64,000 nucleotides of DNA, taken from assembly GCA_016927655.1 (NCBI GenBank), contig JAFGMG010000010.1, forward strand, positions 16,180 through 80,179. The letters are read 5' to 3'. Both the position numbers and the translations under genes were made by a program. The notes under the pieces are model-generated. The model was not told the DNA's origin. It made no database searches and saw nothing but the letters and a program-made list of their open reading frames with translations. This DNA comes from Candidatus Dojkabacteria bacterium (GTDB lineage Bacteria; Patescibacteriota; Dojkabacteria; B142; JAFGMG01). This document shows, one piece after another, positions 16,911-27,172 of the stretch (position 1 is the first letter of the stretch; each line of letters opens with the position of its first letter).

Positions 16911-17846
16911 ATGAAACTGTCCTCTCAAAGAAAAACTGCATATTTGTATTTAATTATAAATGCAATATTGTGGGGCGCTAGCCCGCCTATTGTCAAGTTT
17001 GCATTTAATGAAGGCCTTGACGCATTCAGGTTTCTTTTTTACAGATACTTATTTGCTGCTATTCTTGCTATTCCAATATTAATATACTATTGGCCCAAAA
17101 TTAACAGAAAAATCACGAAAATTAGAAAGATTATTCTGCTTGAAATACTTGGGATTACTGTTTCACTTTCACTTTTGTACTATGGCCTTTCAAAGACAAG
17201 CTCCATCGAAGCAAGCTTGATTTCCACTACTACTCCAATACTAGTTACTATGGGTGGTATATGGTTTTTCCGGGAAAGAGAGGAAAAACATGAACTAACA
17301 GGCATGTTTCTAGCCGTTATTGGTACAATTTTGCTGGTTGTTATTCCTGTCTTCGTTGAGAGTGAAACAAAATTTGCATTTTCTCTTGAAGGAAATTTAT
17401 TAGTTCTAGGGCAGTGCATTACCACAGCTGCTTACTTAATAATTGCTAAAAACCTATATAAAAAGCTCCCGCATTTCTTTGTAACCTCCGTGAGCTTTTA
17501 TGTCGGACTAATTTCATTCTTTTTAATTTCCTGGATTGATGCAGGAAGTCTTTCATCTTTATTTGAATTTATGAGCACTGATTTTTCACACCCAAGTTAT
17601 CTATTTGCAAGTATTTACATGGCATTTTTCGGCTCAATCATTGCTGTGTCACTTCTTATCAAGGGCCAGACACTCATAGAAATCTCAGAGTCATCCTTAT
17701 TCACATATCTGCAGCCACTTATCGCAATACCAATCTCAATCCTGTGGCTAGGTGAAAGAGTTATCCCATTTCAATTTATTGCATTGGCAATGGTAGCTAC
17801 TGGAGTTTTTATTGCTAGTAGACGTGGAAAAACCAGCGTTAAATAA
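16911..17846 (+). CDS. EamA/DMT-family transporter
   Basis: 10 TM, duplicated EamA-like halves. Confidence 0.6.
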   Translation: MKLSSQRKTAYLYLIINAILWGASPPIVKFAFNEGLDAFRFLFYRYLFAAILAIPILIYYWPKINRKITKIRKIILLEILGITVSLSLLYYGLSKTSSIEASLISTTTPILVTMGGIWFFREREEKHELTGMFLAVIGTILLVVIPVFVESETKFAFSLEGNLLVLGQCITTAAYLIIAKNLYKKLPHFFVTSVSFYVGLISFFLISWIDAGSLSSLFEFMSTDFSHPSYLFASIYMAFFGSIIAVSLLIKGQTLIEISESSLFTYLQPLIAIPISILWLGERVIPFQFIALAMVATGVFIASRRGKTSVK

Positions 17847-17880
17847 TAAATCTGCTTTGTGTGTAATATAATACAACGAA

Positions 17881-18411
17881 TTACGACATCCCTATTGGGG
17901 CCTCGATGCCCTCAATATATACTATTGACATATTGTCCGGGGCTTCAGTATGAACAAAAGTATAGCCGCTTTCTTCTTTCGAACTATCTTTTTGGAAATA
18001 TTCTTCAAAAGCCGGAAAAATACATATATACATCACATCATCTAAATCAAAATAATTTGCATCAGAAACAAATTCCACTAAATCGCCAATTGTTCTATCA
18101 CTACAGAAAATGTCATATCCCCCATAGTCCTCATATCTATATTTATCAACGTGAATATATCTGTCACTGATTGGTCCAACTAAACACGCATCAACCATAC
18201 CGGTTATATTATTTTTATAAACCACAGCTAGATTAAACTCGCCATCTTTTGGGAATAGCATTTCACTTCTTGCTTCTATGGCTCTGGTTTTCAGCAGATG
18301 CTTCAATTCTAGATCTACAGCTTGTGTTACTTCAGCAATTTCAAAGGCACGAGAGGATGCACCTGGTCGATTAAATTCTCTTGGATTTTCTAGATCAACC
18401 CAATTACTCAT
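17881..18411 (-). CDS. hypothetical protein
   Basis: 176 aa ORF, no recognised motif. Confidence 0.4.
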   Translation of the reverse strand: MSNWVDLENPREFNRPGASSRAFEIAEVTQAVDLELKHLLKTRAIEARSEMLFPKDGEFNLAVVYKNNITGMVDACLVGPISDRYIHVDKYRYEDYGGYDIFCSDRTIGDLVEFVSDANYFDLDDVMYICIFPAFEEYFQKDSSKEESGYTFVHTEAPDNMSIVYIEGIEAPIGMS

Positions 18412-18543
18412 TTACTTTTTGCAAACCTAAATTAAAATAGTATATATGCATTATATACCTTTTGAGTAATATTCTCAATATATAGCTTGCGAAATTATAC
18501 ATTTCATCTTATAGTTAATTAATACTTTTTTATAAATTTTTCT

Positions 18544-19371
18544 ATGAAATTTCAAAACAAGAACATCCTTATAACGGGAGCATCTTCAGGGATAGGCGCT
18601 GCATTTGCGAAGCAAGTAGCAGAAGACAAGTGTAATATCGTACTCGCCTCACGCAATATATCAAAACTTAAAAAAACTGCTGAAATGGTAGAGAATCTCG
18701 GAAGCACAGCAATTATAATACAAACCGACGTTACTAAGGAAGATGAAATCAGGAACCTTTTTTTAGAAGCTAAAAGAAAACTTGGCACAATAGATTTAGT
18801 ATTCAACAATGCAGGGCTTGGCCATATAGCAAAGATTCATGAGCTAACAGTTGACCAGATTAGACAGATAATTGATGTAAATGTATTTGGAATGATCACA
18901 GTCTCAAAATTTGCAGCCGAAGTCTTTACCAGGCAGAAGTCAGGCCACTTGATAATGACCTCATCTCTTGCAGGCCTTATAACATTGCCTGAGTGGTCAG
19001 TGTATGTAGCTTCAAAGTGGGCAATTCTTGGATTTGCAGACAGTATGCGCCAGGAAATGAAGCAATACAATGTAAAGGTCACTACACTTCACCCCGGTGC
19101 AGTTAGCACTGAATTTTTCGACAAGGACAAGGCCGATATTGATATTAAAGAAGCCGGCCAGGCGATAAGCCCGGAAAAAGTTTCCGAAGCACTCTACAAA
19201 GCGAGTTTTACGAACAAGAATCGAATTTTGATACCATCAAGCACCAAAATGTATGCATTCTTGTACAAATATGCGCCATCTTTGGTTAAATACCTGATTA
19301 GTACGCAGACGTCTAAGGTCAAATATCACGAGAATATCCAGGAGGACGAACCTGAATTTGACAAAGATTAG
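18544..19371 (+). CDS. short-chain dehydrogenase/reductase (SDR)
   Basis: TGASSGIGAAFA cofactor motif, NNAG, YVASKWA (YxxxK). Confidence 0.85.
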   Translation: MKFQNKNILITGASSGIGAAFAKQVAEDKCNIVLASRNISKLKKTAEMVENLGSTAIIIQTDVTKEDEIRNLFLEAKRKLGTIDLVFNNAGLGHIAKIHELTVDQIRQIIDVNVFGMITVSKFAAEVFTRQKSGHLIMTSSLAGLITLPEWSVYVASKWAILGFADSMRQEMKQYNVKVTTLHPGAVSTEFFDKDKADIDIKEAGQAISPEKVSEALYKASFTNKNRILIPSSTKMYAFLYKYAPSLVKYLISTQTSKVKYHENIQEDEPEFDKD

Positions 19372-19412
19372 AATTTTTTAACTAGCATTTAATTAGTTGT
19401 TAAATTTTAAAA

Positions 19413-19913
19413 GTGAAAGATAAATTCTTTTACATTACAGTTGCCGTATTTCTTCTCACTTTAGGTATAACGGGCTTTCTTTATTACAATATGAGCCTAA
19501 AATCTGTTGTAGAATACGACAATGCATTTATTGATAGCAGGAACGATGTAATCTCTCAAATTGATACCCTTTCAAACACCCTTAATACTGCTGATGATGA
19601 AGAAACAGTTGACGGGCAGATACAATTATTAGTTTCAAAAAGAGCTGCTCTTGAAGAAATTTTTAATAATGAGAGCCATCCAAACAGAAACGGAGAGGAA
19701 ATAGTTGCCGCAAATAAGAACTTTCTTGACAAAACACAGGAAATTATAATTCTCGCACAAGAATATAGAAATTCATTTATGGATGATACAGTTGATCCAG
19801 TCGAGAAAATGACTGCCTACAATGCAAAAGTATCAGAACTAAACACGATCATTGATCAGATCAGGCAGATACTTGATGAAAATAACAGCGGGCTACTTTC
19901 TGAGTTTATTTAA
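19413..19913 (+). CDS. membrane-anchored hypothetical protein
   Basis: N-terminal TM segment, helical remainder. Confidence 0.4.
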   Translation: MKDKFFYITVAVFLLTLGITGFLYYNMSLKSVVEYDNAFIDSRNDVISQIDTLSNTLNTADDEETVDGQIQLLVSKRAALEEIFNNESHPNRNGEEIVAANKNFLDKTQEIIILAQEYRNSFMDDTVDPVEKMTAYNAKVSELNTIIDQIRQILDENNSGLLSEFI

Positions 19914-20129
19914 CTCTTTGAGCAAACTCTCCTGTTCAGCTTCATCAAGACCGTGTACAATCATTCCCTCCCCTAGTGTCTCCATATACGAAAGTGGGCA
20001 CCCGATACAATGAAACCCATATTCCTCTACTAAATAATCTGCCATCTCAGGGAACCTCTCGGTAATCTCAATGATTGGGATATCTCTAGTAATTTCAAAA
20101 TCTGTTTTTGATTTAGTGCTGCTAGCCAT
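19893..20129 (-). CDS. DUF1858-type redox-disulfide protein
   Basis: YGFHCIGCPLSYMETLGEGMIVHGL matches the hybrid-cluster-protein-associated redox disulfide domain; start taken at MASSTK. Confidence 0.55.
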   Translation of the reverse strand: MASSTKSKTDFEITRDIPIIEITERFPEMADYLVEEYGFHCIGCPLSYMETLGEGMIVHGLDEAEQESLLKELNKLRK

Positions 20130-20188
20130 TAGTCTTGAATTTATTATACAATGAATCTGCAAATTTGCATTTTAACTTGGACTTTCTA

Positions 20189-21376
20189 ATGGCACGGACT
20201 AGATCACGAAAAACTTTCAGAAGAACAATTTCCAATCGGACAGCAAAAGAACCTGATTTTCCCCTAATGATCGTTATTGGCTTCCTCCTGATGTTTGGCT
20301 GGATAATGGTATACAGTTCAAGCGTGATAGTTGCATTCAGCCAGGACTTGACACCCTGGTTCTATTTTCTACGGCAGTTGCTTTGGATAATAATGGGAAT
20401 TATCTTTGGGTATATAGTTTATCGATTTGATTACAAACGTCTTCCTCAAATTGCAACTATACTTATAATTACAGCAATAATTCTGCTTGTGACTGTTCTT
20501 ATTGCAGGAGTCAGCATCAATGGCTCCCAGCGATGGATTAGATTGCCGTTCTTTGATTTGCAGCCCTCTGAATTTGCCAAGCTGGCTTTTGTAATTTATT
20601 TATCAAGCTGGCTATCAAGAAAAAGACCGATAAATAAATTCAAAAGCCAGCTAGGAAATTACTTTTTGACTGAAATGCTTCCGTTCCTGGCTGTACTAGG
20701 GACAATTTTGGTTTTGATTCTCATTGAGCCTGATTTGGGCACAACAGGCATAATAGCACTCACTGCTATGTCAATGTATTTCATTGCAGGCTCGGGGCTT
20801 GCACACAACCTCGGTATGAGCGTCCTTGTGATATTTTCATTGTTAATCGGCTCTCTTGCAGCAATTCTTGAAAGCTACAGGCTCGAAAGAATAAAAACCT
20901 ACATCTCTGTTATTCAGACAGGATTACCTGAAGATAAACTTGGAGCTGGCTACCAGTTGAGTCAGGTACTCACCGCAGTTGGTTCGGGGGGACTTTGGGG
21001 ACTAGGTTTTGGGCAATCAAAGCAAAAATTTAATTATTTAGGAGAAACCGCATTTAGCGATACAATTTTTGCTGTTATTGCTGAAGAATTCGGTTTTCTC
21101 GGATCGCTTATTATCATTTCGGCCTTTCTATATATTGCAATACGCGGTCTAAAAATTGCCAGAAATGCGCCTGATCAATTATCTTCATTGCTGGCTGCAG
21201 GCATTACTATCTGGATATCTTCTCAGGCATTTTTGAATATTGCAGCAAACGTTGGTTTAATTCCACTTACTGGAATTCCTTTACCATTTATCAGTTATGG
21301 CGGAAGCTCAATGATCGTTACCCTTGTTGGGGTTGGACTCTTGTTAAATGTCAGCAGATACGCTAAGCTTGATTAA
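20189..21376 (+). CDS. ftsW: SEDS-family peptidoglycan glycosyltransferase, FtsW-like (adjacent to murG)
   Basis: 10 TM; motifs GSQRWIRLP, LIEPDLGT, PLPFISYGGSSM; start taken at MARTRSRK. Confidence 0.8.
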   Translation: MARTRSRKTFRRTISNRTAKEPDFPLMIVIGFLLMFGWIMVYSSSVIVAFSQDLTPWFYFLRQLLWIIMGIIFGYIVYRFDYKRLPQIATILIITAIILLVTVLIAGVSINGSQRWIRLPFFDLQPSEFAKLAFVIYLSSWLSRKRPINKFKSQLGNYFLTEMLPFLAVLGTILVLILIEPDLGTTGIIALTAMSMYFIAGSGLAHNLGMSVLVIFSLLIGSLAAILESYRLERIKTYISVIQTGLPEDKLGAGYQLSQVLTAVGSGGLWGLGFGQSKQKFNYLGETAFSDTIFAVIAEEFGFLGSLIIISAFLYIAIRGLKIARNAPDQLSSLLAAGITIWISSQAFLNIAANVGLIPLTGIPLPFISYGGSSMIVTLVGVGLLLNVSRYAKLD

Positions 21377-21403
21377 TCTGTTTTGATATATTAGAACAAT
21401 TTT

Positions 21404-22753
21404 ATGAAAAAAGTTCTTGCCTCGAGCTTGGTTCTTCTTTTTGTTGCAGTTATTTCTCCTTTATACGCAGTCGATCCGACCACCTCAATAACTGCTTATG
21501 CCAAAACATCAGACAACCTGCCAGTTGAAGGTCTGAGTATTTCAATATCAAAAACCCCCTTTAGTGATGCCGGAGTTACAGATGCTCAAGGCAAATACAT
21601 ATTTGATCTCAGCTCAGAGGGTGCTGGCGATTATACGGTTACAATCAGCCTTAGTGGGTCTAATTATGAACTGGTTAGCGGAGAACAAGCCAGCAAATCT
21701 GTTCCAGTACTTGAGAATGAATCCAAATCAGTATATTTTGGAGTTAAAGAAAAAACGACTCCTGATCCTGAGGATGAAACAACAACTATCTCAATTCCAA
21801 GTGAATTTTATGCAACAGGCAGCAAAACTACAGTTCTTAAGGACATGTCATCAGATCAGCTAAAAAGTGTTTCTGACTTTACACTTCATAAACCTGGCCT
21901 TGCTAAAATCGAATACTCCGGGGAACTGGATTTAAGCTCCACTTCTATAATCAACAAATTAAAATCATTAGATCAATACGTCTTTATTGAAATTCCGGGC
22001 GAAGTAACTGTCGCCAGCGATCTTGTTCCTGAACTTGATGCTCCTGCTACAGTTACATTTGAAGGATTAAATTTTATTCAACTTTCTCAAGGATACACGC
22101 CACAGATTATGCAGGACGATCAAGAAGCTGGAGGTGGTGTCAGCAATGTTTCTTTAATAAATGGAGATAAAATCTCATTTGACGTTGATGGCTTTTCTAC
22201 ATATGCAGTCAGACCGACATTTGAATTTGAAGAGAATGAGATTGAAACTACAGAAACGTCTTATACTTTGCAGGGCAAAATTGATGATCTTGATGCTCAA
22301 ATTTCAATTTATATAAATGATGAAAGTCAGGACATTGAAATTTCAATAAATGACAATGGAGAGTTTGAAATTCCGATTGAGCTTAGTGAAATGGAAAATA
22401 TTGTACAGATTCTTGCTGTTGGTGTTTCTGAACAAACTTACTCTGAAGTAGTAAAAATTACAAATCCGAATCTTGAAGAAGCAGCCCCAGAAAGCAGCGG
22501 AATGAAAATTTCTCTTACAATGATTTTTGGTATTCTACTTCTAGCAATGGCTATTGGTGGTGGAATAGGATACTATTATTATAATAGAAGACAAAAGACT
22601 AAACTAAAAAAACCAGCAGCAAAATATGATAGCCGTCTTCTGACTCCGGAGGAACGAAAGACACTATCAAGCGAGACCACACAAACACGTCTTGATAAAA
22701 AACCTGATAAGCAATCCAATGATGCTGAAGAAAAACAAATTCCAAAACTTTGA
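21404..22753 (+). CDS. cell-surface protein with carboxypeptidase-regulatory-like domain, C-terminal TM anchor and K-rich tail
   Basis: Signal peptide; TDAQGKYIFD (CarbopepD_reg-like); C-terminal TM ISLTMIFGILLLAMAIGGGIGYYYY then RRQKTKLKK. Confidence 0.5.
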   Translation: MKKVLASSLVLLFVAVISPLYAVDPTTSITAYAKTSDNLPVEGLSISISKTPFSDAGVTDAQGKYIFDLSSEGAGDYTVTISLSGSNYELVSGEQASKSVPVLENESKSVYFGVKEKTTPDPEDETTTISIPSEFYATGSKTTVLKDMSSDQLKSVSDFTLHKPGLAKIEYSGELDLSSTSIINKLKSLDQYVFIEIPGEVTVASDLVPELDAPATVTFEGLNFIQLSQGYTPQIMQDDQEAGGGVSNVSLINGDKISFDVDGFSTYAVRPTFEFEENEIETTETSYTLQGKIDDLDAQISIYINDESQDIEISINDNGEFEIPIELSEMENIVQILAVGVSEQTYSEVVKITNPNLEEAAPESSGMKISLTMIFGILLLAMAIGGGIGYYYYNRRQKTKLKKPAAKYDSRLLTPEERKTLSSETTQTRLDKKPDKQSNDAEEKQIPKL

Positions 22754-23939
22754 AAAGCGACAGAAAAGAATATTAATTATCGGCGGACACATGACTCCCG
22801 CACTTGCTGTTGCAGATGAGCTAATCGAGATAGGATATAGCAATATTTTATGGGTCGGCCATAAACGTTCGCAAACTGGAGACAGGAATTTGAGCGCAGA
22901 ATACAGGGAAGTTGCAAGAAGGAATATTCGCTTTATTACCTTGCACACAGGGAAGATATGGCGCAGATGGACGTTTGCCACATTTGATAAAGCTTTGCTG
23001 AATCTGATCAAAATTCCATTTGGTTTTTTTCAGGCATTTTTAATTTTGATTCTTTATAGACCTTCAATCATCATGTCATTTGGCGGATACCTCTCTGTAC
23101 CACTTGTCCTCAACTTTCTACCTAACCGATTTAACAAAACAAAAATTTATATTCACTCACAGACTATTCGGCCTGATCTTTCAATTAGACTTACAAACAG
23201 GTTTGCTAAAAAGCTCTTCCTTACCTGGGAGAATGCTAAGAGATATTATAAACACAAAAACATCGAAGTTGTGGGTACTCCGCTAAATAAATTTTTACTA
23301 GAGCCTGTCAAAAGCGATGGCGGAGATAAGTTATTTGATAACGATTTGCCAATATTGCTTGTGATGGGCGGCAATCAGGGGGCAAATACTTTTAACAGAC
23401 GACTTAATCCTCCAATTCTGGAAAAATATCTGAAGATATTTAATGTCATTCATCAGACCGGATCAAGTACTGTTACTAATGATTATCAGAAAGCCCTGGC
23501 GAATAAGGAGCATTTGGAAGATCCATTTAAATCAAGATATCTAGTTTTACCTTATATTCTGCCAGAACAGCTGAATCAAGTATATGCCCAAGCTTCATTG
23601 ATCCTTGCCAGATCCGGCGCCAATACCGTTCAGGAGATTATGTTCAAAGGTGTGCCGGCAATTCTTATGCCTATCCCATGGTCACAAAACAATGAACAGC
23701 TTGAAAATGCCAAAATTGCAGAGAGAACAGGACTTGCAAAGTTATTTGAATTCAAGGACGGATTGAAGCCTGAGAGTCTTTTTAGGGAGATATCCCTTGG
23801 ATTAGAGCAGATTCAAAAGCGTGAATCATTTAAAGCTGACACAAGCTGGGTCAAAGCTAAGCAAAAAGCTAATGCGCTGATCAAGACAGATAGCGTAAAA
23901 AGAATTCTAGCAGCTATCGAAGAGATTCATGTTATTTAG
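22692..23939 (+). CDS. murG: UDP-GlcNAc:lipid I N-acetylglucosaminyltransferase
   Basis: GT28-family glycosyltransferase (ILIIGGHMTPALAVADEL, LVMGGNQGA); follows ftsW as in dcw clusters; true start possibly MLKKNKF. Confidence 0.7.
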   Translation: MIKNLISNPMMLKKNKFQNFEKRQKRILIIGGHMTPALAVADELIEIGYSNILWVGHKRSQTGDRNLSAEYREVARRNIRFITLHTGKIWRRWTFATFDKALLNLIKIPFGFFQAFLILILYRPSIIMSFGGYLSVPLVLNFLPNRFNKTKIYIHSQTIRPDLSIRLTNRFAKKLFLTWENAKRYYKHKNIEVVGTPLNKFLLEPVKSDGGDKLFDNDLPILLVMGGNQGANTFNRRLNPPILEKYLKIFNVIHQTGSSTVTNDYQKALANKEHLEDPFKSRYLVLPYILPEQLNQVYAQASLILARSGANTVQEIMFKGVPAILMPIPWSQNNEQLENAKIAERTGLAKLFEFKDGLKPESLFREISLGLEQIQKRESFKADTSWVKAKQKANALIKTDSVKRILAAIEEIHVI

Positions 23940-24281
23940 CCCTGTATTTATCACACGGATTATCTGATTTAGTGAGCGGGTATCCGCATTAATGAATTCT
24001 CCGCCATTCCAAACGGAAGCATTCTCTACATTCCAAATATTCACATTCCTTTTTAAGGTCAGACTAAAAGGAAATGGGTTTTGAGAATTCTGGAAAATCA
24101 ATTCACTCCTTTCTTCATATAACATGCATGTCAAACCATGACAATTAATTTCTAGGAAAGAATGATCAACACCGGGTTCTTCTAGGAATCCCAAATCAAA
24201 GAAATTATCATCAATTGAAATCATGCATTCTCCTGTAGGAGCACTCTCCGGGCAGTTATTGTCCCGAAGTATTGTCAACAT
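23907..24281 (-). CDS. hypothetical protein downstream of galU
   Basis: 124 aa ORF; no motif; may be spurious. Confidence 0.3.
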   Translation of the reverse strand: MLTILRDNNCPESAPTGECMISIDDNFFDLGFLEEPGVDHSFLEINCHGLTCMLYEERSELIFQNSQNPFPFSLTLKRNVNIWNVENASVWNGGEFINADTRSLNQIIRVINTGLNNMNLFDSC

Positions 24282-24286
24282 CCAAT

Positions 24287-25120
24287 TTATTTCCCTATAA
24301 ATTTCAAATATTCAATATACGCTTTGATGTAGTTTTCCGGATCTCCAGTTGTCATCCACTTTGAGTCAACTTTAACCACTTTTACACGTCCGATTTTTGC
24401 CAGCTTATCAATTGCATCGGCTGTCCATAATTCCCCATCCTTCCCAGTGTATTCAGAAACAAGATAATCAAATACTTTCGGTGTAAGAAGGTATCTTCCG
24501 TATGATGCTAACAAGCTGGGAGCCTTTTCTGCATCTGGTTTTTCAATAAGCTCATCAAGAAATTCTTCTGATTCGGTCTTAAATCTGACGCTTGCGTATT
24601 TTACAATTTCATCTCTGCTTACCTTCTGTACCGCAATAAGCCCGTCAATACTTCTGTCTTTATTATACTCTTCAACCAAAGCCTTCACAGCACCATTTCG
24701 TCCCAGAACAATGTCATCACTATACATATACAAAAATGCTTCTTCTCCATTTAAGAATTCTCTGGCAGAAAGCAAAGGCGAACCATTCCCATAAGGCAGA
24801 CTCTGGTCCTGGGTAATCACGTTAATTTTGGGGAAATCAAGCACTTCTTGCACTGGCTTATATCTTTCAGCTTTACCCTGCGCGGCAAGCTGCTTTCTAA
24901 TTCTATTAACTGCGTTATTGAAATAATCATCGTAAATTGGTTTGCCTTCAGGTGTTGCGACGATAACTATTTCTTCAATACCGGCTTCGACACATTCTTC
25001 AACTACAAGCTGCATTATCGGTTTATTGTGCATAGGAAGCATTCCTTTTGGTATAGTTTTTGTAATAGGAAGATATCTGCTGGCAAATCCCGCATCGGTA
25101 ATAACAGCTTTTCTTACCAT
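24287..25120 (-). CDS. galU: UTP-glucose-1-phosphate uridylyltransferase
   Basis: KAVITDAGFASRYLPITKTIPKGMLP matches GalU N-terminal signature. Confidence 0.85.
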   Translation of the reverse strand: MVRKAVITDAGFASRYLPITKTIPKGMLPMHNKPIMQLVVEECVEAGIEEIVIVATPEGKPIYDDYFNNAVNRIRKQLAAQGKAERYKPVQEVLDFPKINVITQDQSLPYGNGSPLLSAREFLNGEEAFLYMYSDDIVLGRNGAVKALVEEYNKDRSIDGLIAVQKVSRDEIVKYASVRFKTESEEFLDELIEKPDAEKAPSLLASYGRYLLTPKVFDYLVSEYTGKDGELWTADAIDKLAKIGRVKVVKVDSKWMTTGDPENYIKAYIEYLKFIGK

Positions 25121-25228
25121 TGTTGTTATGACTAACAATTATGCAGGCAGTATACATTGTTGGTATTGACAAAACAACATACGGACCTTAATATGAGGAC
25201 GTCCCAGAGATTTCCTGGAATAAGTTAA

Positions 25229-25921
25229 TTGAAGCGGGTCTTCCGCAGATTATTGACAAAAAAAGTCAAAAAAATTACACGAGCGGCCATCAGAAGGCCA
25301 GCTTTTACTTTTAAAATCTCGATCATTTTCTTTGGTGCTGCTTTGATATTTGTAGCTCTTGCAGCCAATAACACAACAGAGGCAGAAACTTCAAATAGCT
25401 CAAAAATCTTTGGAATATCTACCACAGATTCTTTTTCTGAATTCAAAGAGCTTAATGCACCGACATTTACAACTCAATCTATAGCTATTGCTGAACAGAG
25501 AAAGCAGGCGGAAATCGCAAGGGTTGCCGCAATTAAAAAAGCTCAGGAGGAGAAAATGAAGCATGTAAATAAGATCAATAGCTTCCTAACGAAGAAGCGC
25601 TCACCTGTAGCAAATACTAAAATTGCAGATATGCTTTACGATAATTATAAATCTACAGGAACGGACTACAGAATTCTTCTGGCTATAATGGGTGTGGAAT
25701 CCGGCTTTTGCAATGCCTCATTCAGCTATAACTGTTTTGGATATTTAAATGGTGCTCGCTACCCAAACTACGAAGCAGCTTTCAAGGATTTAATTCCTAA
25801 AATTTCTAATCAGTATGTAAAACCGTATGGCACTGATTTTGAAGCATTAGCAAAAGCCTATGGTATGGTTAACTGGCAAGCAGGAGCCGCGAACATGCGC
25901 GGCTACTACGATAGCATCTAG
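25229..25921 (+). CDS. membrane-anchored protein with SLT-like (lytic transglycosylase) domain (tentative)
   Basis: TM anchor; ILLAIMGVESGFC resembles the catalytic ES motif of SLT domains. Confidence 0.4.
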   Translation: MKRVFRRLLTKKVKKITRAAIRRPAFTFKISIIFFGAALIFVALAANNTTEAETSNSSKIFGISTTDSFSEFKELNAPTFTTQSIAIAEQRKQAEIARVAAIKKAQEEKMKHVNKINSFLTKKRSPVANTKIADMLYDNYKSTGTDYRILLAIMGVESGFCNASFSYNCFGYLNGARYPNYEAAFKDLIPKISNQYVKPYGTDFEALAKAYGMVNWQAGAANMRGYYDSI

Positions 25922-25924
25922 CTT

Positions 25925-26212
25925 TTATTCTACTGCTTCCTCCTGCTTTTTTTGTGCCTCATATTCTTTATAACTTTCCAAAGCCTCCGGATTAAGCTGA
26001 CCTAGGATCTCCAGTCCCTTTGTTCTGATTTCACTTGTTGCAATAACTCCATCAACTGCAGCTTCCTGGGCCCAAGTCTCGACTTGTGCTGTTAAATCCT
26101 CTGCCTGTTCTTCGGTTGCCCCAGCCTTCATTACACCGTTTTTAATCTTGTTTCTGTCAAAAGGCTCAGTAGTCCCATCAGTTTTTCTTACCATTAAATC
26201 CATATTGTTCAC
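25925..26212 (-). CDS. stand-alone ATP-cone domain protein
   Basis: MVRKTDGTTEPFDRNKI ATP-cone start; no zinc ribbon (unlike NrdR). Confidence 0.55.
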   Translation of the reverse strand: MNNMDLMVRKTDGTTEPFDRNKIKNGVMKAGATEEQAEDLTAQVETWAQEAAVDGVIATSEIRTKGLEILGQLNPEALESYKEYEAQKKQEEAVE

Positions 26213-26274
26213 CTCCTTTCTTTTAGTATTCTTTGCTTTAATCTTGAATTTATATACAATAGCACAATTATAAA

Positions 26275-27126
26275 ATGAATGAAATGGCTATATTTCTAGC
26301 AATTATTGCATCCATAAATTTTGCATTTTCATCAATCTTCATGAAAAAAAGTTTCAGAGACTTCACACCCGCTGTTTCTTTGGGCTTTTTTACCTTTTTT
26401 GTAATTATAGTCTGGTCGCTGACTGGACTTGGATTTGGTATTACAATATCTGATTTTCCAAAAGCCTTTGCTTATGGATTGATTGGCGCCACATTTGCTC
26501 AGGGTGTGTATATTTACGTTTTATCAAAAGGAGAGCTAAGTATCACAAGTACAATTTTAGCCAGTTATCCAATCTATACTGTTATAAGCTCGCTTCTCCT
26601 CCTTGGAGAATCTATAACGGCTTTTCAGGCACTTTTTATAGGCTTAAATATCCTAGGGACGCTAGTGGTTTCTTTACCGCAAAAGTTTAGTAAACAAGAT
26701 CTTGGTAATTTTAGTTATATACTATGGCCGATACTTGGTGCAATTTCAGTAGGACTTTCCGACACGGTTTCTAAAAATGCCATCGATACAATTGATCTTG
26801 GGACTTATCTTTTTGCACTCGCCTGGGCTCATATTCCAGTTACGGTTTTTGGTCTTTTCCTTAGTAAGGAATACAAAGCATTTAAATTCAAATGGAGCGA
26901 ACATAAATTTTCAGTTTTAGGTGCTTCAATTCTCTGTGTTGGGACCTTATTTCTATACATTTCCTTCAACTACGGCCAGGCATCTCTTGTAGCTCCGGTT
27001 ACCGCCAGTTATCCAGTTCTAATTGTAGTGCTCTCGTTTATGTTTCTAAAGGAAAAACTAGCACTAAAAGACCTGATCGGCCTTACAATGGCAATAATCG
27101 GTGTTATCGGGATAAGTTTGGTCTAG
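26275..27126 (+). CDS. EamA/DMT-family transporter
   Basis: 10 TM, 283 aa. Confidence 0.6.
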   Translation: MNEMAIFLAIIASINFAFSSIFMKKSFRDFTPAVSLGFFTFFVIIVWSLTGLGFGITISDFPKAFAYGLIGATFAQGVYIYVLSKGELSITSTILASYPIYTVISSLLLLGESITAFQALFIGLNILGTLVVSLPQKFSKQDLGNFSYILWPILGAISVGLSDTVSKNAIDTIDLGTYLFALAWAHIPVTVFGLFLSKEYKAFKFKWSEHKFSVLGASILCVGTLFLYISFNYGQASLVAPVTASYPVLIVVLSFMFLKEKLALKDLIGLTMAIIGVIGISLV

Positions 27127-27172
27127 CCCTCCTTGCCTGGATAAATCATGTGCGTTATAGTGAAACCGTCTA

